Positions 25,495 through 34,559 of a stretch of DNA of 63,267 bases are shown here, one piece after another. The position numbers and the translations under genes were made by a program. Below the pieces are notes generated by a model. It saw only the letters and a program-made list of their open reading frames with translations. It was not told where the DNA came from and ran no database searches. The stretch's first letter is position 1; every line of letters begins with the position of its first letter. Source of the stretch: Myxococcales bacterium (lineage in GTDB: Bacteria > Myxococcota > Myxococcia > Myxococcales > 40CM-4-68-19); contig DATDMU010000186.1 of assembly GCA_036518615.1 (NCBI GenBank), forward strand, positions 1-63,267. The letters are read 5' to 3'.

Positions 25495-26724
25495 ATTCGC
25501 CGATCCCTGTCCCGCTTCTGCCTCGTCTCGCTGGTCCTCGCCGGTGCGGCGCTCCTCGTTTCCACTCCGGTCGCGGGGGAGGACGCGAAGCCGCTGCGCG
25601 TCTGCGCCGATCCCGACAATCTTCCCTTCTCCGATCGACAGGAGCAGGGGTTCGAGAACCGCATCGCGGCCCTGCTCGCCAGGGAGATGGGCGTTCCGCT
25701 GAGCTACTTCTGGTGGCCGCACCGCCGCGGCTTCCTGCGGCAGACCCTGCGCGCCGGCGAGTGCGACGTGCTGATGGGAGTGCCCGAGGGGATGGACGCG
25801 TTCCTCGCCACCAGGCCCTACTACCGCTCGGCGTACCAGTTCGTCACCCGCGTCGATCGCGATCTGGATCTCACCTCCTTCGACGATCCCCGCCTGCGCC
25901 AGCTGAAGATCGGCGTCAACATGATCGGCTACGAGTACACGAACTCGCCCGCCGCGCGCGCGCTCGGCGCCCGCGGAATCGTCGGCCTGGTCGGGTTCCC
26001 CACCTTCTACAACGAGGAGAACAGGCCGGGGGACATCATCGAGGCGGTGGCGGAGGGCAAGATCGACGTGGCCATCGTCTGGGGCCCCGTCGCCGGTTAT
26101 TACGCGAAGCAGCAGGAGGTTCCGCTGGCGCTCGCGCCGGTGCCCGCTTTCGACGGGCAGAGCGGGACGCCGTTCGCCTTCTCCTTCGTCGTCGGCACGA
26201 GGAAGTCGGAGAAGGCGCTGGCGGAGCGGATCGAGAAGGCGCTCGAGGGAAAGCAGGAAGAGGTGCGAAAGATCCTGCAGGAGTACGGCGTGCCGCTCGC
26301 GGCCGCGCCTTCTGCCGCGCCGCCCGCGGGCAAGCGCGCCGACGGAACGGGAGCCCCCGCCGCGACGGCCGCGACAGCCGTGTCGACCATGACCCACGCC
26401 GGGCAGAACGGCGACAACCTGCTGGCGACGCCGGACGAGTATCAGGGCTGGAAGTGGTTCCACGTCTATTGCTTTCGCTGCCATGGCATCGATGCGATGG
26501 GATCCGACCTGGCGCCCAATCTGAGGAAGTCGGTATCGTCCGAGGGGCTGGTCACCCACGACGTCTTCCTCAAGACGGTGCGCGACGGCCGGCAGGAGAA
26601 AGGAATGCAATCCTGGAAGGCGCTGCTCGACGATCCGCAGATCGAGCAGCTCTACGCCTACATCAAGGCGCGCAGCGAGGGCCGTCTCGCCGCGGGCAGG
26701 CCTCACCGGGCGACCAGCAAATGA
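25495..26724 (+). CDS. xoxJ: MxaJ/XoxJ-family periplasmic binding protein fused to a C-terminal monoheme cytochrome c
   Basis: The track ORF starts at ATG 25687, but the same frame is open from the xoxF stop. It encodes (I)RRSLSRFCLVSLVLAGAALLVSTPVAG-EDAKPLRVCADPDNLPFSDRQEQGFENRIAALLAREMGV, a signal peptide plus the conserved MxaJ N-terminus. GGAGGGAG (25482-25489) lies 5 nt before ATT 25495. The C-terminal ~100 aa has CFRCH and the Met-ligand region GMQSW after an Ala/Pro linker. The protein call is confident; the start codon is not. Confidence 0.8.
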   Translation: MRRSLSRFCLVSLVLAGAALLVSTPVAGEDAKPLRVCADPDNLPFSDRQEQGFENRIAALLAREMGVPLSYFWWPHRRGFLRQTLRAGECDVLMGVPEGMDAFLATRPYYRSAYQFVTRVDRDLDLTSFDDPRLRQLKIGVNMIGYEYTNSPAARALGARGIVGLVGFPTFYNEENRPGDIIEAVAEGKIDVAIVWGPVAGYYAKQQEVPLALAPVPAFDGQSGTPFAFSFVVGTRKSEKALAERIEKALEGKQEEVRKILQEYGVPLAAAPSAAPPAGKRADGTGAPAATAATAVSTMTHAGQNGDNLLATPDEYQGWKWFHVYCFRCHGIDAMGSDLAPNLRKSVSSEGLVTHDVFLKTVRDGRQEKGMQSWKALLDDPQIEQLYAYIKARSEGRLAAGRPHRATSK

Positions 26725-26739
26725 GGGGGCGGATGCTGT

Positions 26740-26753
26740 CGCTCCGCGGAGCG
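26740..26753. terminator. 14-bp perfect palindrome CGCTCCGCGGAGCG between convergent genes (bidirectional terminator candidate)
   Basis: Lies in the 36-nt gap between the xoxJ-fusion stop (26724) and the FDH Fe-S gene stop (26761). The stem is extendable with G-U pairs. No U-tract. Confidence 0.3.
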
Positions 26754-26760
26754 GCGCAGG

Positions 26761-27612
26761 TCAGTCCTTGACGTAGCGCCAGCCGAAGCGCCCCTTGATG
26801 CAGAGGTTGCCGCGCGTCACCGGATGCTCGAACGGCGAGGTCACCTTGACGATCTCGCCGTCCTGCACGTGCAGGCGCAGCGTGCAGCCGACGCCGCAGT
26901 ACCCGCAGATGGTATCGACCTGCGCTTGCCGCGCCTCGTTCCAGGTGCCCGCCTGCCGGTGGTCGTGCTCGCTCTTGAAGACGAGCGCGCCGGTCGGACA
27001 GACGGCGATGCAGTTGCCGCAATAGACGCACGCGGAACGGGGCAGCGGCACGCCCAGCTCGGTCGAGATGCGGGCATCGAAGCCGCGCCCGGCCACGGAG
27101 ATGGCGAAGGTGTTCTGGAAGTCGTCGCCGCACGCCTCCACGCACTTGTAGCAGAGGATGCACTTCGAGTAGTCGCGCACGTAGAGGTCGTTGTCCAGCT
27201 TGACCGGCTGCGCGACGGTGGCGGCGGATCCGTACCGATCGGGGCGGCATCCATACTCGGCCATCCACCCTTCGACGTTCGCCGTGGTGGAGAGGTCGAC
27301 GGAAGAGGCGAGGAGCTCGAGCACCATCTTGCGGCTGTGCCGGACCCGCTCGGATCCGGTGCGCACGATCATCCCGGGCTCGGCCCTGCGCGAGCAGGCG
27401 GGAACGAGCGCGCGCGACCCCTCCAGCTCGACCACGCAGAGGCGGCACACGTTCACCGGCTCGAGCGTCTCCAGATGGCAGAGCGTGGGAATCGCCTTCC
27501 CCTGCCGGCGGCAGGCCTGCAGCAGGGTCGTTCCCTCCTCGACGCGAACGGCCTCGCCGTCGATCTCCAGCTCGACCATCCGCGCTCCGGCGGTCTGCAG
27601 CGGGCCGCTCAT
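26761..27612 (-). CDS. Formate dehydrogenase Fe-S module: 2Fe-2S, two ferredoxin-type 4Fe-4S, and the MopB-type FS0 4Fe-4S domain, without a molybdopterin domain
   Basis: ATG 27612 overlaps the upstream stop (ATGA). LCHLETLEPVNVCRLCVVEL..PAC is the 2Fe-2S site. CILCYKCVEAC and CVYCGNCIAVCP are the ferredoxin-type sites. The C-terminal CGYCGVGCTLRL...LCIKGRFGWRYVKD-stop is CxxCxxxC..C, as at the N-terminus of FdhF-type enzymes. Confidence 0.85.
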   Translation of the reverse strand: MSGPLQTAGARMVELEIDGEAVRVEEGTTLLQACRRQGKAIPTLCHLETLEPVNVCRLCVVELEGSRALVPACSRRAEPGMIVRTGSERVRHSRKMVLELLASSVDLSTTANVEGWMAEYGCRPDRYGSAATVAQPVKLDNDLYVRDYSKCILCYKCVEACGDDFQNTFAISVAGRGFDARISTELGVPLPRSACVYCGNCIAVCPTGALVFKSEHDHRQAGTWNEARQAQVDTICGYCGVGCTLRLHVQDGEIVKVTSPFEHPVTRGNLCIKGRFGWRYVKD

Positions 27613-29429
27613 GCGCCCTCGCCTCCGGCGAAGATGCGCAGCCGCGTCGCAGCCGACTCGACGGCGCCGTACGCCGTCTGCCCGAGGCCGCAGATCGAGG
27701 CGTCCTTCATCGCCCGGCCGATCTCGTCGAGCAGCAGGAGCTCCGCGCCTGCGCCGCCGCGAGGCTGGCCCGCGGCGAGTCTCCGCAAGGCCTCCTCCTG
27801 CCGCACGGTGCCCACGCGGCAAGGAACGCATTGCCCGCAGGACTCTTCGCGGAAGAAGGCGGCGATGCGCAGCAGGACGGGGATCAGGTCGATGGAATCG
27901 TCGAACACCATCACCGCGCCCGAGCCCAGCGTGACCCGCGCCGCCCGCGCCCCCTCGAAGGTGAGCGGGATGTCCACCTCGTCGCCGCGCACGAACGCGC
28001 CGGCCGCGCCGCCGAGCAGGATCGCCTGCGCCTTGCGCCCTGCCCGGACGCCGCCGGCGAGGTCGATCAGATCGCGCAGCGTCGCCCCGAACCGCACCTC
28101 GTACACGCCCGGCCGCTCGACGCATCCGCACACGGAGAAGAGCTTCGGGCCGGTGGACTGCGCGGTCCCGATGCCCGCGTACGCCTGCCCGCCCTCGAGC
28201 AGGACGCCGAGGACGTTCACCAGGGTCTCCACGTTGTTGACGACGGTGGGCCTGCCGAACAGCCCGGCCTCCACCGGAAAGGGCGGCTTGTTGCGGGGCT
28301 CTCCCCGGTACCCCTCGATCGAGTTGAAGATCGCCGTCTCCTCGCCGCAGATGTAGGCGCCGGCGCCCCTGCGGATCTCGACGTCGAAGCGGACCCCTTT
28401 GCCCATCACGTCGTTGCCGAGCAGCCCGCGGGCGCGCGCCGCGTCGATGGCGGACTGCAGCCGCTCGGCAGCGAGCGGGTACTCCCCGCGCAGGTAGACG
28501 AAGCCCTCTTCGCATCCCGTGGCGCAGGCGCAGATGGTCATCGACTCCAGAACCGCGAACGGATCGCCCTCCAGCAGCACGCGATCCTTGAACGTGCCGG
28601 GCTCCGACTCGTCCGCGTTGCAGACCAGGTAGTGCGGCCGCGCCGGTTGTCGCGCGACCGCGTCCCATTTGCGTCCCATGGGGAAGGCCGCGCCGCCGCG
28701 CCCCATGATCTTCGACTCGAGCACTTCGCGGATGACGGCTTCCGGCCCGATGGCGAAGGCGCGCTCCAGCGCGCGGTAGCCGCCGTGGGCCAGGTAATCG
28801 TCGAGGCTTTCCGGATCGACGGAGCCAACCCGCCGGAGCAGGCGCAGCGACGGATCTCCTGCCTGCGGCAGCCGGCGGCGACGCATGTCGGGCAGCCGGC
28901 CATCCGGGGCAAGCGCCGCCAGGGCTTCCTCCGCGGTCACCGGCCCGAAGAGACGCTGCGCGGGCGAGCGGCCGGCAACGGTCAGGAACGCCGCGGGCGC
29001 CTGATCGCAGAGTCCGAGGCACGGGCTGCGCCGCCAGGGCGCGCCGTCGCCGTCGCCGAGGGTCCGTTCCAGGGCCGCGATCACCTCGGCCGCGCCGCTG
29101 CAGCGGCAGGCGATGTCCTCGCAGACGTGGAGCACGCGCGCAGGGCGCGGCTCCGTCGAGAGCAGCCCGTAGAAGGTGGCCACCCCCCAGGCATCGGCCG
29201 GTGGCACGACCAGCCGCCTGCACACGTAGCCGAGCGCGCCCTCGCTGATCCAGCCGGCGCGCGCCTGCGCCGCCTGCAGCGCGGGAAGCAGCAGGTGGCG
29301 GCGGCTGCGCCGGATGCCCGCCGCGAAGTGGCCGTCCGCCTCCTGCCCTTCCGGCGCGGCGCCGAGAAGCGCGTCGATCGCGTCGCGCTCGTCGGCGGTC
29401 GGTTCCGCTTCCATCTGGCGCAGGTCCAC
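27609..29429 (-). CDS. NuoE-NuoF fusion (FdsG/FdsB-like NAD(P)-linked diaphorase subunit)
   Basis: The N-terminal NuoE-like 2Fe-2S part has VCEDIACRCSG..CLGLCDQAP. The NuoF part has GRGGAAFPMGRKW, YLVCNADESEPGTFKDR, GAGAYICGEETA, ESCGQCVPCR. GTG 29429 immediately follows the fdhA TAG, with GGAGGA just upstream. Confidence 0.9.
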   Translation of the reverse strand: MDLRQMEAEPTADERDAIDALLGAAPEGQEADGHFAAGIRRSRRHLLLPALQAAQARAGWISEGALGYVCRRLVVPPADAWGVATFYGLLSTEPRPARVLHVCEDIACRCSGAAEVIAALERTLGDGDGAPWRRSPCLGLCDQAPAAFLTVAGRSPAQRLFGPVTAEEALAALAPDGRLPDMRRRRLPQAGDPSLRLLRRVGSVDPESLDDYLAHGGYRALERAFAIGPEAVIREVLESKIMGRGGAAFPMGRKWDAVARQPARPHYLVCNADESEPGTFKDRVLLEGDPFAVLESMTICACATGCEEGFVYLRGEYPLAAERLQSAIDAARARGLLGNDVMGKGVRFDVEIRRGAGAYICGEETAIFNSIEGYRGEPRNKPPFPVEAGLFGRPTVVNNVETLVNVLGVLLEGGQAYAGIGTAQSTGPKLFSVCGCVERPGVYEVRFGATLRDLIDLAGGVRAGRKAQAILLGGAAGAFVRGDEVDIPLTFEGARAARVTLGSGAVMVFDDSIDLIPVLLRIAAFFREESCGQCVPCRVGTVRQEEALRRLAAGQPRGGAGAELLLLDEIGRAMKDASICGLGQTAYGAVESAATRLRIFAGGEGA

Positions 29430-31325
29430 CTATCCTCCCGCCGGCTCGACGCGGACGGCGCACGCCTTGAACTCCGCCGTGCCCGACCTCGGGTCGGCCA
29501 CGTCGATGGTGAGGGCATTGACCGCGACGTCGTCCTGGAAATGCGGCGTCATGAAGACGAGGCCGGCGCGAACGGAGGCGTCGATGCGCACCGGCGCGAC
29601 CACGCTGCCGCGGCGCGAGGAGACCCGCGCCATGGCGCCCTCGCTGAGACCGAGACGGCGCGCGTCCTCTGCCGAGATGTCCAGCGTCTCGCCGCGCCTG
29701 AGCGGCGAGGGCATCGAGCCCGACTGCACGCCGGTGTTGTACGAGTCCAGCCTCCTGCCGGTGGTGAGCACCAGCGGATAGGCTTCGTCCGGCGTCTCCA
29801 CCGGCGGCCTGTGCTGCACGGCGAAGAACGGCGCGGGAGGGCCCCGCCGCGGGTCTTCCCAGAGGCGGCCGTGGAGGAAGAGCTCCCCCGGATGCTGCTC
29901 GTCGTAGCACGGCCATTGCAGCCCCCGGTGCTCCTCGAGGCGGCGATAGCTCATCCCGGCGAAGATGGGCGCCAGGGAACGGACCTCGTTCCACACCTGC
30001 TCGGCGGCCGGATTGCCCCAGTCATGGCCCAGTCGAGCCGCGATCTGCGCGAGGATCCAGAGCTCGTCGCGCGCCTCGCCGGGAGGATCGAGCGCCTTGC
30101 GCACGCGCTGCACGCGCCGCTCGCTGCTGGTCACCGTCCCTTCCCCCTCGCACCAGGTCGCGGCGGCGGGGAGGACCACGTCGGCCAGCTGCGCCGTGGG
30201 CGTGAGGAAGATGTCCTGCACCACCAGGAAATCGAGGCCTTCGAGCAGGGCCTGCGCCCGATGCTGATTGGCCTCCGACTGGCAGGGGTTCTCGCCGATC
30301 ACCAGGAGCGCCCGGAGGTCCCCCCGCTCCATCGCCTCGAACATCTGGGTGACGTTCCAGCCGTGCCCGGGCTGCAGGCGGACGCCCCAGGCGGCTTCGA
30401 ACTTCGCCCTGACCGCCGGGTCCAGCACGTCCTGGAAACCGGGCAGGCGATTGGGAATCGCGCCCATGTCGCCGCCGCCCTGGACGTTGTTCTGGCCGCG
30501 GAGCGGATTGAGTCCGGAGCCATGGCGCCCGACGTGGCCGGTCAAGAGAGCGAGGTCGATGAGTGCGAGGACGTTGTCCACCGAGGTGTGGTGCTCGGTG
30601 ATTCCCAGCGTCCAGCAGATCATCGCCTTTCCTGCCCGGGCATACGCGTGCGCGGCCTCGCGGATCGCGCTGGCGGGCACGCCGGTCACCGCTTCGGCGT
30701 ATTCCAGCGTGTACGGTTCGACGCACGCGCGGTACGCAGCGTAGCCCGCCGTCGCCCGCTCGATGAACCCGGCGTTCGCCAGCCCCGCGTGGATGATCTC
30801 GCGCCCCATCGCATTGGCGAGCGCGATGTCGGTGCCCACCTCCAGCCCGAGCCAGAGGTCCGCCCAGCGCGCCGACGCGGTCCGCCGCGGATCGACCGCA
30901 AAGAGCCGCGCTCCGGCGTTCACGCCCTTGAGCACGTGCTGGAAGAAGATCGGGTGCGTCTCGCGGGCATTGGAGCCCCAGAGGAAGATGACCTCGGCCT
31001 CTTCGATCTCGCGGTAGGAGCTCGTCCCTCCCCCCGCTCCGAACACCGTCGCCAGACCGACGACGCTGGGCGCATGTCAGGTCCGGTTGCAGCTGTCGAT
31101 GTTGTGCGTGCCGAACGCGACGCGGGCCAGCTTCTGCGCGAGGAAGTTGACCTCGTTGGTGGCCCGCGAGCAGCTGAAGATGCCCAGGGCGTCGGGCCCC
31201 GCCTGGTCGCGCGTCCGGCGAAATCCCGAGGCGACCCGATCGAGCGCCGCGTCCCAGGTCGCGGGGACGAGCGCATCGCCCTGGCGCACGAGAGGTCGCA
31301 GCAACCGGCGATAGCGTGTCTGCAT
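29430..31325 (-). CDS. fdhA: Formate dehydrogenase catalytic subunit (Mo/W-bis-PGD domains), selenocysteine-containing, lacking the N-terminal FS0 cluster domain
   Basis: Track ORFs 31077..31325 and 29430..31046 share one frame and are joined by TGA 31077-31079: [34 protein letters not shown]. This aligns with E. coli FdhF NNVDCCARV-U-HGPSVAG. Downstream MopB features: FLWGSNARETHP, NPLRGQNNVQGGGDMG, LVLTTGRRLDSYNTG, GLVFMTPHF. Confidence 0.85.
31047..31065 (-). promoter_or_regulatory. SECIS-like mRNA hairpin 11 nt downstream of the in-frame UGA
   Basis: On the mRNA: UGA-CAUGCGCCCAG-CGUCGUC-GGUCU-GGCGACG. This is a 7-bp stem (one G-U pair) with apical loop GGUCU, the GGUC-type loop I recall from the E. 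coli fdhF SECIS. Confidence 0.55.
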
Positions 31326-31392
31326 GGGCGGCCGTGGGGAAGGAGCAAGTCTAGGCAGCGTCGAGACGCCGGGTCAATGAGCTCTGCAAAGT

Positions 31393-32196
31393 TTGCGGAT
31401 TCGCAGGGGCACGCCGCTTGCGTCCGCAATGGGCGTGTCCGCGCAAGCGTCGCCACAGCAGGCACGGCGCGCGCGGGAGGGGCCGGCCGGCGCAGACACC
31501 GTCCTCTCCTGCGAGCGGCTGCGCAAGGTTTACCGCATGGGGGAGGTCGACGTCCGCGCCCTCGACGGCGTGGATTTCCAGCTCCATGCCGGCGAGCTGG
31601 TGGTGCTGCTCGGTCCCTCGGGCAGCGGGAAGTCCACGCTGCTCAACATCCTCGGCGGCCTGGACGTCCCCACCTCCGGCCGCGTCTTCTTCGAGGACCA
31701 GGAGCTCACCTCGGCGGACGAGGACGACCTCACCCGCTACCGGCGGCGCAACGTGGGGTTCGTCTTCCAGTTCTACAACCTGATCCCGAGCCTCACCGCC
31801 CGCGAAAACGTCCAGCTGGTCACCGAGATCGCCGACGACCCGCTGGAGCCGGAGGACGCGCTCGCGCTGGTCGGGCTGGAGAACCGCCTCGATCCTTTTC
31901 CCGCACAGCTTTCCGGCGGCGAGCAGCAGCGGGTGGCCATCGCGCGCGCGGTGGCCAAGCGGCCCTCGGTGCTGCTCTGCGACGAGCCCACCGGGGCGCT
32001 CGACTTCCACACCGGCATCCTGGTGCTCGAGGTCATCGAGCAGGTCAACCGCGAGCTGGGCACCGCCACCGCGGTCATCACCCACAACGCGCCCATCGCC
32101 GAGATCGCCGACCGCGTGGTCGCGCTCGCCGACGGACGCATCGCCAGCGAGCGGAGCGTGGGCCGGCGCGCGCACGCGCGGGACCTGCGCTGGTGA
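31393..32196 (+). CDS. ABC transporter ATP-binding protein (MacB/LolD-like)
   Basis: Walker [11 protein letters not shown]-loop, signature [14 protein letters not shown], Walker [13 protein letters not shown]. The start is uncertain (TTG 31393 or ATG 31429). Confidence 0.9.
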   Translation: MRIRRGTPLASAMGVSAQASPQQARRAREGPAGADTVLSCERLRKVYRMGEVDVRALDGVDFQLHAGELVVLLGPSGSGKSTLLNILGGLDVPTSGRVFFEDQELTSADEDDLTRYRRRNVGFVFQFYNLIPSLTARENVQLVTEIADDPLEPEDALALVGLENRLDPFPAQLSGGEQQRVAIARAVAKRPSVLLCDEPTGALDFHTGILVLEVIEQVNRELGTATAVITHNAPIAEIADRVVALADGRIASERSVGRRAHARDLRW

Positions 32197-34556
32197 CCGC
32201 CCTCGACCGCAAGCTGCTGCGCGAGGTGAAGCACCTCAAGGGGCAGATCGTCACCATCGCGCTGGTGCTCGCCGGCGGGATCACCACCTTCATCGGCTTG
32301 CGCGGGACCTACGCCTCGCTGCTGCAGTCGCGCGAGGCCTACTACGACCGGCAGCGCTTCGCCCACGTCTTCGCGGTGCTCGAGCGCGCGCCGGAATCGA
32401 TCGGGCGGCGCATCGAAGCCATGCCTGGCGTGGCCGCGGTGCAGACGCGCATCTCCAAGGAGGTGTCGCTGCCCATCGAAGGGATGCCGCGCGCCGCGTC
32501 GGGAATGCTCCTCTCGCTGCCACCTTCCGGAGAGCCCGCCACCAACGCCATCCACCTGCGCAGCGGGCGCCTGCCCGAGCGAGACCGCGACGACGAGGTT
32601 GCGGTCCTCGAGTCGTTTGCGAACGCGCACGGGCTCGAGCCCGGGCAGCGCCTGCCCGCGGTGATCAACGGCAAGCTGCGCAAGCTGCGCGTGGTGGGCC
32701 TCGCCCTCTCGCCGGAGTTCGTCTACGCGCTGCGGCCGGGCTCCATCGCCGACGACCCCAGGCGCTACGCGATCCTCTGGATGAACCGCGCTCCGCTCGC
32801 GGCCGCCTTCCAGCTCGAGGGCGCATTCAACGACATCTCCCTGCGCCTGCAGCCCGGCGCCTCCGAGGCTTCCGTGCGCTCTGCCGTGGACCGGCTGCTG
32901 GTCCCCTACGGCGGCAACGGCGCGGTGGGGCGAAAGGACCAGCTCTCCAACAAGATCCTCGACGGCGAGCTGGGCCAGCTCCAGGCGCTGGCGGGCATGG
33001 TCCCCATGGTCTTCCTCGGCGTCGCCACCTTCCTCATCCACATGGTGCTGAGCCGGCTCATCACCCTGCAGCGGGCCGACATCGCCACGCTGAAGGCGGT
33101 GGGCTACGGGAACGGCGAGCTGCGCCGGCACTACGCGGGCCTCGTGGCCATCGTGCTGTTCCCCGGATCCGCGCTCGGCGTCGCCGGCGGCTGGGGACTG
33201 GGCCGCGTGGTGCTCGGCCTCTACGCCACCGTCTTCCGCTTCCCCGATCTGGAGTTCCGGATGACCGGCTCGCTCGTCGCCGCCGGCGTGGTGGTGAGCG
33301 CATGCGGCGCGCTGGTGGGCGCGCTCTGGGCGGTCCGCGCCGCGGTGCGGTTGCCTCCGGCCGAGGCGATGCGGCCTCCGGCGCCGGCGGTCTATCACCG
33401 GACGCTGCTCGAGCGTCTCAACCTCCAGGGCCTCGCCGGGCCCACCGGGATGATGATCCTGCGCGAGGTCGAGCGCCGCCCCGTGCGCACCCTGCTCTCG
33501 TCCATCGGAATCGCCGGCGCGTTGGCGCTGGTGGTGCTGGGCCGCTTCGGCATCGACTCGTTCGACAGCTATCTCGAAGGCTCGCTGCGCCGCGAGCAGC
33601 GTCAGGATCTGGCGGTGTCGTTCGCGCGTCCCGTCTCGCCGCGCGCCGCGCGGGAGATCGCGGCGATCCCGGGCGTGCGCAAGGTGGAGGGAATCCGCGC
33701 CATGCCGGTGCGGCTGCACGCCGGGCACCGGAGCCGCGACACGGTGCTGCTCGGCTTGCCCGCGGGGGCCACGCTGCGCAGGCTCGTGGAGCGCAGCGGC
33801 CGCCCGGTGGAGGTGCCCGACGACGGCATCCTGGTCACCGCCAAGCTGGGCGAAGTTCTCGGGCTGCGCATCGGCGACCGGCCCGAGCTGGAGATTCGCG
33901 AGGGCGCGCGTCCGGTGGTGCGGCCGCTCGTGGCCGGCTTCATCGACGAGTCGGTGGGTCTGCAGATCTACGCGCGCGAGGAGATGGTGGCGCGCCTGGA
34001 GGGAGATCAGGGCGCGCTCGGGGCGGTGAACGTGACCGTCGATCCGCTCCGGATCGATGCCATCGAGGAGCGCCTGCGGCGCTCGCCTCGCATCATCGAC
34101 GTCTCCGACCTGGGCGCCGACATCCAGCGCATGCGCGACATGCAGTCCTCGATGATGGACATCTGGACCACCATCTCCGTCTTCCTCGGCGCGATGGTCA
34201 TCTTCGGAGTCGTCTACAACAACGCGCGCATCGCCCTGGCCACCCGCAGCCGCGAGCTCGCCAGCCTGCGCGTGCTGGGCTTCTCGCGCCGCGAGATCTC
34301 CTCCATCCTCATCGGCACCCTGACCGTCGAGGTGGCGATCGCCATCCCCATCGGTCTGCTCCTGGGCCGCGGCTGGGCCCGGCTCTTCATGCAGTCCGTC
34401 GATCAGGAGATGTTCCGCTGGGCGGTGTACATCGCGCCCACCACCTACCTTCTCGCCGCCGCCGTCGGGGTCGTCGCCGCGGCGACGAGCGCGCTGTGGG
34501 TGCGCCGCAGCCTCGATCGGCTCGATCTCATCGGCGTGCTCAAGACTCGGGAGTGA
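32193..34556 (+). CDS. ABC transporter permease with two FtsX/MacB-type domains
   Basis: GTG 32193 overlaps the ATPase stop (GTGA). The 787 aa have two large extracytoplasmic loops and two 4-TM FtsX-like blocks ([15 protein letters not shown].., [15 protein letters not shown]..). This is the only real part of the 2241-aa track ORF. Confidence 0.88.
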   Translation: MTALDRKLLREVKHLKGQIVTIALVLAGGITTFIGLRGTYASLLQSREAYYDRQRFAHVFAVLERAPESIGRRIEAMPGVAAVQTRISKEVSLPIEGMPRAASGMLLSLPPSGEPATNAIHLRSGRLPERDRDDEVAVLESFANAHGLEPGQRLPAVINGKLRKLRVVGLALSPEFVYALRPGSIADDPRRYAILWMNRAPLAAAFQLEGAFNDISLRLQPGASEASVRSAVDRLLVPYGGNGAVGRKDQLSNKILDGELGQLQALAGMVPMVFLGVATFLIHMVLSRLITLQRADIATLKAVGYGNGELRRHYAGLVAIVLFPGSALGVAGGWGLGRVVLGLYATVFRFPDLEFRMTGSLVAAGVVVSACGALVGALWAVRAAVRLPPAEAMRPPAPAVYHRTLLERLNLQGLAGPTGMMILREVERRPVRTLLSSIGIAGALALVVLGRFGIDSFDSYLEGSLRREQRQDLAVSFARPVSPRAAREIAAIPGVRKVEGIRAMPVRLHAGHRSRDTVLLGLPAGATLRRLVERSGRPVEVPDDGILVTAKLGEVLGLRIGDRPELEIREGARPVVRPLVAGFIDESVGLQIYAREEMVARLEGDQGALGAVNVTVDPLRIDAIEERLRRSPRIIDVSDLGADIQRMRDMQSSMMDIWTTISVFLGAMVIFGVVYNNARIALATRSRELASLRVLGFSRREISSILIGTLTVEVAIAIPIGLLLGRGWARLFMQSVDQEMFRWAVYIAPTTYLLAAAVGVVAAATSALWVRRSLDRLDLIGVLKTRE

Positions 34557-34559
34557 GAC

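Noticed and set aside
23334-26706. 712-aa plus-strand and 1091-aa minus-strand ORFs across xoxF and the xoxJ fusion
   Set aside because: They are out of frame with, or antisense to, clearly homologous XoxF and XoxJ frames. Their composition is low-complexity Arg/Gly-rich.
27831-34556. 2241-aa plus-strand ORF, the longest in the track
   Set aside because: It is a chimera. The first ~1450 codons are an Arg/Gly/Ala-rich antisense shadow of the FDH operon and run out of frame over the ABC ATPase gene. Only the last 787 codons (from GTG 32193) give a recognisable double-FtsX permease.
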